From Balanoglossus misakiensis (Eukaryota; Animalia; Hemichordata), in the NCBI GenBank assembly GCA_040954595.2, contig CM082593.2, positions 3,923,434 through 3,987,433 on the forward strand: a stretch of DNA of 64,000 nt, written 5' to 3'. The notes under the pieces are model-generated. The model was given only the letters and a program-made list of their open reading frames with translations, did no database searches and was not told the DNA's origin. This document shows positions 55,501 through 64,000 of the stretch, in pieces. Each line of letters begins with the position of its first letter. Within the stretch, counting starts at the first letter, position 1. The position numbers were made by a program, and so were the translations under genes.

Positions 55501-57818
55501 TGATATTCTTTGGTCTTTTATTTAGACCAGATGTTTTTGTCTATGCGTATTAATACGAAAACAAATAATCTCGATAATTTCTTTCGTCCGTTTTATAATT
55601 CCGTTTGTGTTGTGTTGTTTTGCTTTGGTTTGGTTGTAATTTCACCGGCTGAACGCCAGAGAGCGGACATGGCAGTCGCCGGTATTACAATCATGGCCGA
55701 GAGGGAAGAAGTTGTGGATTTCACCAAACCATACTACCAATACGCCCTCGGCGTTATTATCCGAAGACCAGGTCGGCAGCGAGGAATCTTCGCCTTCATG
55801 GAGCCCCTCAGTGAAGCAGTCTGGGGTTGCATAGCTGCAGCGCTCTTTGTCGTTGGGATACTCCTGTTCATTGTGGCCAGATTTAGTCCGTACAGTTCAT
55901 ACAACATAGCCAAAATGCACGTGTGTGATTGTAAAGGGGACGATTTCAACCTCAAGAATAGCTATTGGTTTGCCTTGGCGTCACTCATGAATCAAGGTAA
56001 GCCATTAATACCTTATATTTGGGGTTTTTGTTACAATGCTGTTTATGCCCCAGATACTATACAATTGGCATCTTATGTTTTTTTCCGCATCTAACTCGAT
56101 CCTGTCTAATACTCAGACAGACATGCGTCGCGAGAGGCCACTGAAGTTGCCCCGACGTCCATCTAACCACCTGCTGTCAGGCACACAGTTCAATCGCCAA
56201 CCTGTATGTAAATCAGTCGCACAGTAGAATTCAAATGTAATATATTCTGCCCTTTTCATTAGCAGATGCCCTGTGACATTTCTGACGGTGATTGCGATAC
56301 GGCGTGACAAGTGTGTTTGTATTCACAGGTGGTGACACCGCGCCATATTCTATATCTGGGAGGCTACTCAGCGGTTTTTGGTGGTTTTTCACCCTTATCA
56401 TTATCGCCACGTACACGGCAAATCTGACGGCGTTTCTGACTGTCAGTCGCATGGAAACGCCCATCTCGTCGGTGGAGGAGCTCTCCAGGCAGAGCAAGAT
56501 CAAGTATGGTACAATAAGAGACAGTAGCGTCGTGTCGTTTTTCAAAAGGTCAACAATAAACCCATACCAGGTGAGGCACCGGTCTGAAGGAACAAGTGTC
56601 CGTCGCCATTTTGTTCGGCCATATGCCACGTCATTGTGCATATGTAATGAAACTTGGAGGAAGTGCAATGACGTGTCCAGGCCATTACGCAAGCGCAATG
56701 ACGTGATTATCATTCGTTTCTGTGTTGTCATTTACTGTTGCTCTATAAACCCGGCCATCCATTCATTTGTTTAATGGTGTAGTAAAACATTTCAGCCGAT
56801 CAGAATAGCAATATTAAACACAGAGGGGGTTCCTATTTATCATCGTGAATGATTGGGTCTCTCACAGTAAGGATATTTTATCGGATTTGTGCTCTTAAGC
56901 TATCGAGTACTTGTTCTTGTCTGCAGTCTTTGAATATGGGGATTGATTTGATAAAGAGCAAATTGGCCTGGCTCTCAGCGAGATCTGTATTTTGTATTTC
57001 TTGTCGTCTGCTAGCGTATGTGGCAGTTTATGAGCACGCTGGAAGACGAGGCGTTCGTGGACGACGTCCATGCAGGCTATCGGCGTGTGAAGAACGAAGA
57101 TTACGCCTTTATGTGGGACTATCCCGTTCTGGAGTTAGAGCATCGAAAAGACTGTGAACTGATGACGGTGGGAAAACCTTTCTACGAAAAGGGATATGGT
57201 TTTGTGACACCAGAGGGCGCGCAGTGGCGGGACGACATATCCATGAGGTAAGATACCTGAGTTTGTACAGAATATAGAGCAACAACTTTCTCTTGGAAAT
57301 CCATACAAGCTGAGTGCGAAGATATTCCGATAAAAAATGTTTTGATCGACAGCTCTTGTTAGTGAGTTTTCGTTATCATTGTCGCCGTGCGTTCGGCGTC
57401 GTTGCTATGCTGATGTGTTTTTTTATTTTTATGAACCTTTCACATTTCATTCCTGTCTTGATTTTTTTTAATGTAACCGCCAAGCATCCTGGAAATGAGA
57501 GAAGACGGGCTCCTTGAGAGGTATCGCAAGAAGACGTGGGAACTGGAGAGTGTGTGCGAGGACGAGGCGGCCAAAATCCGGACGTCCACGAACGAGATCG
57601 ACATCCAGAGCGTCGTGGGCGTGTTCTACATCCTGATCATGGGAGCGGCTCTCTCCCTCATCCTGGTTCTTGTGGAGTTGCTGTATTACCACCGTCTACG
57701 GCAGTGCTTTCGCCCGACGGTGACCGTTCACCCGAACGCCGATGGAAAGGCCATCGAGGTGAAAGAGGACTCGAATGCAGTCGAGGATAAAAGATCTTTA
57801 TCGAACTCTCGGGTGTAA
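47377..57818 (+). CDS. Ionotropic glutamate receptor subunit, delta-like (AMPA/kainate/delta/phi group), complete 14-exon gene, 891 aa
   Basis: join(47377-47485,49694-49849,50868-51122,51703-51893,52079-52132,52286-52423,52707-52913,53133-53255,54376-54480,55288-55479,55660-55996,56329-56570,57015-57247,57485-57818). All introns are GT-AG, phases are consistent, and the 2676 nt contain no internal stop. Signal peptide, ATD, S1 ([36 protein letters not shown]), M1, M2 ([11 protein letters not shown]), M3 ([11 protein letters not shown]), S2 ([18 protein letters not shown]), M4 and tail are present. Class assignment is by motif recall, not phylogeny. Confidence 0.95.
49694..49849 (+). CDS. iGluR exon 2 (ATD)
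   Basis: tttctgtag|GAGTG...; GVILEDHH...NLLPYTEL...SAFEIVES; donor CAG|gtacgt. Confidence 0.9.
50868..51122 (+). CDS. iGluR exon 3 (ATD)
   Basis: [14 protein letters not shown]...MPHIQ...[13 protein letters not shown]; donor G|gtaagt. Confidence 0.92.
51703..51893 (+). CDS. iGluR exon 4 (ATD)
   Basis: tttctctatag|CC; [10 protein letters not shown]...[17 protein letters not shown]; donor |gtaagt. Confidence 0.88.
52079..52132 (+). CDS. iGluR exon 5 (54 nt, ATD)
   Basis: gttgcag|; [18 protein letters not shown] matches the A..LGM....HW pattern of iGluR ATDs; donor CAG|gtgagt. Confidence 0.88.
52286..52423 (+). CDS. iGluR exon 6 (ATD)
   Basis: tgtcttttag|; GITDSQLE...GIVILLRQ...[12 protein letters not shown]; donor |gtaagt; phase 0/0. 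Confidence 0.82.
52438..52564 (+). repeat. (TATG)n tetranucleotide microsatellite in iGluR intron 6
   Basis: Perfect run 52438-52546, followed by degenerate TATG/TCTG units. Confidence 0.97.
52707..52913 (+). CDS. iGluR exon 7 (ATD)
   Basis: ctttcag|; [17 protein letters not shown]...LMDTIRT; donor |gtgagt. Confidence 0.9.
53133..53255 (+). CDS. iGluR exon 8 (ATD)
   Basis: ttttttttcag|; [17 protein letters not shown] (GLSG.V.F motif); donor |gtaagt. Confidence 0.92.
54376..54480 (+). CDS. iGluR exon 9 (ATD-S1 linker)
   Basis: [11 protein letters not shown]...[12 protein letters not shown]; donor |gtaagc. Confidence 0.93.
55288..55479 (+). CDS. iGluR exon 10 (S1)
   Basis: EEPFV...[12 protein letters not shown]...[24 protein letters not shown]; donor |gtaagt. 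Confidence 0.96.
55660..55996 (+). CDS. iGluR exon 11 (S1, M1, M2)
   Basis: [25 protein letters not shown]...[12 protein letters not shown]...[13 protein letters not shown]; donor G|gtaagc. Confidence 0.96.
56329..56570 (+). CDS. iGluR exon 12 (M3, start of S2)
   Basis: attcacag|GT; [37 protein letters not shown]...YGTIRDSSV; donor CAG|gtgagg. Confidence 0.96.
57015..57247 (+). CDS. iGluR exon 13 (S2)
   Basis: RMWQFM...[11 protein letters not shown]...DCELMTVG...KGYG...WRDDISM; donor AG|gtaaga, phase 2. Confidence 0.95.
57485..57818 (+). CDS. iGluR exon 14 (end of S2, M4, cytoplasmic tail)
   Basis: Acceptor cgccaag|C completes the Ser codon; ILEMREDG...SVC...[23 protein letters not shown]...SNSRV*. 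Confidence 0.93.
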
Positions 57819-60800
57819 CCTTGGGAACAGGAGTACACGGCTGTTATAAACAACTTATTATTTTTCTAAAAGGTTTGACACGATAATGTGTCACCGATTT
57901 GATAAGCGGGACGGAAGAAGAAGTAAAACCAATCGAACTGCGTGATTTTTTTATACTTAATAATTATACATGTACATACATAATACATATGCATTTATAA
58001 TGTACTCGATTGCATCTGAGACAAAGTTTCTCTGATTGCTTCAACATTGTTAGAGTTTATCAACTTATTGACTTTGTATCACTGTTTTCTGTCGTGTTGG
58101 TTCAGCTAGAATTGACTGTAGATCTTGCGGTGAGTAGGACATCTGTCCCCCATCCCAAATTCTAAAGAAAATTCAATTATTTTAATTGTCCCGTTTGATC
58201 TCATTTGCGTAATGCTTGTCCAATTGTACGGGGCAACCCTTGGCGATTCTCGACTTCCCGTTGGGATGCGAGTATTTAGTTCCACCGCGTACCTAATCAC
58301 ATTTTTATCAGACTGCAGGGTCTGAAGCCTCAATTATTTGAGTGGCACTACCAGGAGTACAAATAGATAAAGAAATGTACGTTCGGAACAGATCCTCTAA
58401 ACAACAACCTGCGTGTGCCGTTTCCGATCAGTAGGCTATCATTAATAAGGTTGGTTACGTGCATCAGGGCAGTTCGTGCTCAAGATGTAAATAGGGAAGA
58501 TCCCGCAGAAGATATTTGGATTTCTCCAGCGACTTAGTATATTTCCCTCGCTTTCGGCAGTTTCCTCTAAAGATAAGAGAGAGAGCAGTTATCTCTGTGG
58601 CATTTTTCAGAAGATGCCAAGGTTATTTGTGACCCGCATTGTTTCACCGGGCGAACTCGCAATTAACGGGAATGTTTACCCGGAACAAGAATAATCTAGC
58701 CCTTTCGTAAAGAACGTTACTATGGTGACGAGCAGCAGGACCCTACAGCCGCTGGTATTTCATAAACCGGGTTCGGCGTTGGTGGTGCTATCATGTATTG
58801 CGTTAGGCCTGAGGGCAATCACGACGAGCAAACTTTAGAATTCTCAAACTTTGGCGGTCAAGAAAACGACACCATTAAAAGAACAAAATCGGTTCATCCG
58901 GGTTTTCCTTGTATGTAGGTTCTTGATAAACATGGTATACAGTGCATTGAACTGATCTTTATAGACACTTTGTAACTTCGTCAGACTCGCAACAGCGTTG
59001 CTATTGGTGCGGGCACCCCTTCCAAACTGGGAAATTCACTTTGTTTTGTGACTGGCACATCATAGGTTATCTCCTAGCATCTCCACTCGACCCAGCACGG
59101 CAAATTGTTTTTCCCCTCGGTTAACCGGCGGACAGTCTCTGAAGAGCTGTCAGCCGCATACTTGCCATTTGCCTCCAGCAGTTGATTTCAACGGTGTTAA
59201 AATGTGCCACTGGTTTTACGCATCCAGGTGTGAGAATTGCAGCGCGGAAACCATTGTTTATCAATCGATATCTTGCAAAGTAAAAGCGTTACTGCTGAAA
59301 CATTCTTGATTTTTTTAAACTGGATCTTTTCACTTAGATGTTGTTGTACTAGGCACCATTTCAAGCTGTCGGCTCCTTAGTCGATAAATCGATACAATTG
59401 ACTTTTACTTTGTAATTTTCTGGTGATCGTAAAAGACATTCTCAACGACGTTTCAACTACGAATTTTGTAATATGGTAAAAATTTCTCAATTCATTATGT
59501 ATGTGGGTGTGTGTATGTGAGTGTGTGGTGCTCTAATTAAGTCTATCGCACATAACGTGTTTTTTGAAGAAATAAATTTTTAATTCACAAAGATGACTGG
59601 TAATGATGTCTACAGTGTGTGTACAATCTAAATGCACGGTTGGTAAGTATCCAAAGAGTGTTCCGTGAAAGCATACGTCATTAGTAGAGATTAAAACGGT
59701 AATAACCAAACGCTTGAATCAACAAGCTTATCGAAATCTACTTGTTTTCCGGATTTATTGAAGACTGGACTTGTAAATGAGTCAACAAAATATCAAATAT
59801 CAATGTAAGGCGCAATAGTTAATTATGATTGATTCAAAAACACATTTCTGTTCTCTAGTAAATTCGAATTGTAATTGACAATTGATTTTACATATGATTT
59901 CATACATACATTGTTTACATACAAAAGGCAAAGCAACTCGGTGTCTAAAATCAGCCAAAAAGTTTAAACATAATTAGTTCATCATAGAGATTCCACCGAC
60001 ATGGACGAATCGCATAAAAAATAAAATTGCACAGTACCAATATGGCCATAATACATAATTTCGCCTAATATTTACCAACGGATATTTATAAATACAGTTC
60101 GGCTCCATTACACCATATGTATAAATGTACATGTATGTTTGGTGCCACGGCTTTATGCAGATGTAATTTTGAATTAATACGTGATCAATACAAAAAATGG
60201 TTCTTTTATCCACGCAGCAATTTTTTCTCAATATTTACACTAGTTTCTAATGCGTGATTTTATTGTCATATGCCGCTTACAAAATGAGCGCTTTTATACC
60301 CGTGTGCAAATCTTTCTCTGCCACCATGAAAGACAAACCGGGAAAAAAACGACAGAGAAGCGCCAGTATACTAAGTCGTATTATCAGTTTCACTTTGTAA
60401 AAAAAATACCCGACGTCCATGCATGTAGCGTGCTCTGTTCGAGAATTAACATGCTATATACGACACACAGAGGACGCCCCCGGGGGACAAGCAGAAATGC
60501 CACAGACGCTCAACAGCGTCATTGCTCAAGGTTTGGCGACGTTGCAAGTGTAATGTAATACCAGCTACACGGTGACATTTCTAACGTGACGGGAAGAGAG
60601 GTAGAACATTACATGAGACGTTGTTGCGTTTGTGTGTTTAGGGTCAAGGTAGTCTCTCACAACGGCAGGTAATATAACGTTCAATGTCAAGTTATATTAA
60701 CAGAAGGCTGTGATATTTACATGTACAATCGCCATCCTGATCGATTCTAATAAAGGCGCGCTGAAAGACATCTTTTTCATCGGATTAAAGTATTGTGATA

Positions 60801-61428
60801 TTAAAATATACAAATTTCAAGTGTAATGGTTTATGAGCTACCGACCAAAATAGCTTTTTAAACACCCACCCATCAAATCATGCCTGTACAATGTAATCAG
60901 AACATGTTTCAAACATATACAAAACGTGTCATTTTTTCCGGCTTAATGAATCTAATTCCTTACAAACACAGCTGCACCTCAAAGAGCGATGATATTTTCA
61001 TCACGTTTGCCGCCGGTATGTGTTGCAATATCATTGTCAACTCGGTCGGTTTATTAAACCTGATCGTGACAAAATACGAGTGAAGGGATTCTCTCCACGT
61101 GGTTGTTATCGAAGAGAACGCATTCTTGGTGCCCATCTTCCAGTGATTTACAAAACAGCCCGGTGTTTCTACTGATGTTTATAAACGTTTTATCAAAAAC
61201 CTGTAATCGTGTTTGAATAAAATAGTGCTCTAACGCATCTCCGTTTAACCCTAAAGTCTGTATGAGCTGATATTGTTACAAGCATTCATTTTGCTCCATG
61301 TACATCTCATGAAACTAGGGTCTACATGTACTTGCGAAGACGTTATACGCGGTCTTCTAATATTGCAACCACTTTTAATCATTCACTTCTCAGTCCCTTT
61401 AACGCAAGGGGCGCCGAATGATCCAACT

Positions 61429-61619
61429 TCATACATCAGTAGAATTACACTTGTTATAGGTACACGGAATTGCGCTGCTATGGCAACGGGGCCTCTGCGG
61501 CAACTCCGTCATCTGGCTGTTCTCTTTCTTCACCTGAATGTCAGAACAAGATCGGCTGAGCGAGATGAACTTGATTTCCCCGTAGAGAGATTCGTCACTG
61601 GCTCTGCCTTGACTGCCGT
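61429..61619 (-). CDS. RET-like terminal coding exon
   Basis: Minus strand aattttgcag|ACGGC (phase 1 matches the previous exon); open to TGA at 61431-61429. Confidence 0.75.
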
Positions 61620-63501
61620 CTGCAAAATTCAAGTTGAGGATTTAATTACATCATTAACCTTTCAAACGTCACACTATTAGCTACCAGGCTTATTTATATT
61701 GTACATCGCACCCATATATAACCGGTACAATCACAAGCACAGGAGGCAGACTCATTTAAACATTCACGGTGAATAAATCGACTCGTGTTTTATGGGGCGG
61801 ACGCTGGCCCACTGTGTATTGATTTAGGGGAGAACCATTTGATTTCTGTGGGGGTGGATGGGGGGATTTTTTGGGGGGGTGGGGTGTTGGTAGATGGTGC
61901 GTAAGGAAAACAAGTTGCTTCCGAGGTGCCTTGAGGAAAAGGTGGACTGGTAATCGAAAACAATTCTGTAACAGTGGAAGAAAAACATACACAAATCCCC
62001 CACCCCGAGAAATCAAATGGTTCTCCCCTAGATCGGAAGCAGGGCCACACCGTGACACGAGACCACTCCCGGCAAATCAAAATAGCGTTAGCTCATTCGC
62101 CACAAATGTGATGGCGTTTACCTGTCGTGTTTGTTGTACTAAGGTGTCACGGATACTTCTCCGACTTGTTTACTTAGACACTACCGTGATAGAAAACGTG
62201 TCAATCAATGCTCGACATTGATTGCCAACTTACTACGGGGTGTTAAATGCATGCAAACAAGCAACGGGAAAATCACTCTGACGCACTTAAACGACTCTGG
62301 CACCGTTCATTCTTCACTTGAGCGTGCGTGTTCTCTCGAAGCCAGATTAAGCTCAGCAAAATTGCCTGGACAGGACGTCAGGCGCTATGGTGAATGTGAC
62401 ATTTAAAACGACCATACCTTCGCTCTCCGATGAGATGAGATTTACTTTTACTTCTTCGTCATCCTTCTGATCGGTTTCTGTGTCAGAGTACGACGTGCCA
62501 CTGCTTAGGTCAAGATATTCCTGGTTTGGAAAATAAAACACGAAAGAAATAATCGTATCACTCATTCGAAAAAATATACATAAATATTTTATCACTACAA
62601 ACCCCGGAACAAACTGTTAGAAAACCTTTCGTGGTAATGAATGCATTGTGAGAAAACTCGAACAATATCGTCTTCGATGTTTGAGCATTTACGTGTCAGA
62701 AACAGCCGGTTTCAAATCAGATACGAAACGAGCTCGTATAGCTACACTGTTTGTATTCATTCGAAAACTGACAGTAAAGTTGAACGATTGAATGCCAGTA
62801 TTAAAATACCACGCACTTTCATCAGTGCGCACAAATTGCTTTTTTCACAATGTAATATACTCAGCCACAAGCATTACAGCATTTCGTTTAAATGTGGAGA
62901 GAAACGGGCTAGTTTCTAAAGCCTTTGTCAATTATCTGTCGTATTTACAATTTCGAAAGATATGTGCTTAAGCGTTTTTAGATATAGTAAAACCCCTGTA
63001 TGTTATATCGTAGAGTTTGTTCCTTCAACCCATTATCAGAGAATATTCTGCTTTCAAGAGCTTTCCGGCACCTAAAAGACGACTGATTATAAATAGATGT
63101 AAAATGATTTTGTGTACACAGTTTCTCGTGTGCGATTATGAAGTAAGTATGCACCTCAAGGCAACTTCGGATTATTCTGTAAAATGGATCACCACGCAAA
63201 ATGTTGAACAAGAGAGCCAAATTGTCTCAAATTTAAAATTCAAAATGGCTGCCAGGAGTCTCGTTGTTATGAAGAAAATTGTAATAATTTTTGTGTGATA
63301 ACAATATGGTGACTGCTCAAAAGCGACAAGTCTTGAGGACTGTCTTTTTCGACAATCTGTCCCGGAGGTGCGTACTGCCATTAAAGTCTTTCATATCATA
63401 CCCGATTTTGTTCAAGCATCTGTTCAAAGAATCTGCCAATCTCTGTAAATCTGGGCCTTTCTTCTGGGCGTGTCCTCCAACACCGTAGCATTATGTCATA
63501 G
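61429..63501 (-). CDS. RET: RET-like receptor tyrosine kinase, last three coding exons (gene continues beyond the window)
   Basis: complement(join(61429-61619,62418-62520,63402-63501)), GT-AG with consistent phases. Reads YDIMLRCWRTRPEERPRFTEIGRFFEQMLEQNR|EYLDLSS...SESE|DGSQGRASDESLYGEIK...NSTDV*. Kinase subdomain XI (CW....RP.F) followed by YLDL is typical of RET/FGFR. The 100-nt exon ending just before (D/E)YLDL and the downstream LYG favour RET over FGFR (from recall of RET structure). Confidence 0.75.
61825..62030. mobile_element. MITE (~200 bp) with perfect terminal inverted repeats in the last intron of the RET-like gene
   Basis: TA-GGGGAGAACCATTTGATTTCT (61825-61847) and AGAAATCAAATGGTTCTCCCC-TA (62008-62030): 21-bp TIR plus flanking TA, consistent with a TA target duplication. 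Confidence 0.88.
62418..62520 (-). CDS. RET-like penultimate coding exon (EYLDL)
   Basis: Minus strand ttttccaaaccag|GAATATCTTGAC...GAAG|gtatgg; 103 nt. Confidence 0.88.
63142..63383. mobile_element. Old degenerate MITE in a RET-like intron
   Basis: Inverted ends AGTATGCACCTC (63146-63157) and GAGGTGCGTACT (63365-63376), 11/12 match; internal AAAATTCAAAATGGCTGCC motif. Confidence 0.5.
63402..63501 (-). CDS. RET-like kinase exon (subdomain XI)
   Basis: Minus strand tttttgttttcag|CTATGAC...AATCGG|gtatga; 100 nt. Confidence 0.92.
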
Positions 63502-64000
63502 CTGAAAACAAAAACGGAGAAGAGTAAATAATAATCATATTATTTGTATAAAACAACGATTATAGACAGATAATCAGATTTATATACATGTAATTGTATT
63601 TTATTGTAATTTCAGACCGCCATCTACGGGGTGGTATTTCATGCAATTGTGCCTTAGAGGGGGGTCGCATAATCGATCTGCCTCTTGCCTATTTCGCCAA
63701 CAACTCAGCTGACAGCATTGGGTTTCTCGCTCTAGTTTTTTCACGTTTCCTACGATTTTAAGGCAAGTTCTTTTACGTCTTAGGTTTTCGGCCCTTCGTA
63801 AGAGCTTAGGGAACCCACTTACAGAATTTTGGCAGTCTTTTAGCAGGTTCACACTGGGTAAAACGTCTCAGATTTGAGACGCTTTTGCCGGTCAGACCTG
63901 ACCAGGTGCAAGGATGAACAACGTGACCTCTCCGCAACCCATTGTCTATGGGACTGAGCCTCAGTGCCTATAAATAAACTGTGTGTGTGTGGACACAACG

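Noticed and set aside
63810-63852. Minus-strand VNLLKDCQNS with a gtaagt donor as the preceding kinase exon
   Set aside because: The required phase-2 frame contains stops and the expected M..P..C motif is absent; the real exon lies beyond the window.

Overview
AT-rich animal genomic DNA with GT-AG introns, microsatellites and non-autonomous transposons. The gene and repeat types suggest a marine invertebrate such as a deuterostome, but this is inference and the species cannot be determined. Most ORF-track entries are spurious. Two real genes were rebuilt by hand from splice sites. (1) A complete 14-exon ionotropic glutamate receptor on + (47377-57818, 2676 nt, 891 aa) that is delta-like within the AMPA/kainate/delta/phi group. 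It has a glycine/D-serine-type pocket (SSV...WD), Asn at the Q/R/N pore site (LMNQG), a gating motif TYTANLTAF instead of SYTANLAAF, and a PDZ-type tail (-SRV). (2) The last three coding exons of a RET-like receptor tyrosine kinase on - (63501 to 61429), convergent with the receptor. The first ~47 kb has no intact gene I can support. It holds a probable decayed ankyrin-repeat relic (~22.0-23.1 kb), two Helentron/DINE-1-like elements with internal tandem arrays, a CpG-rich patch and one orphan candidate exon. The most interesting object is the atypical channel.
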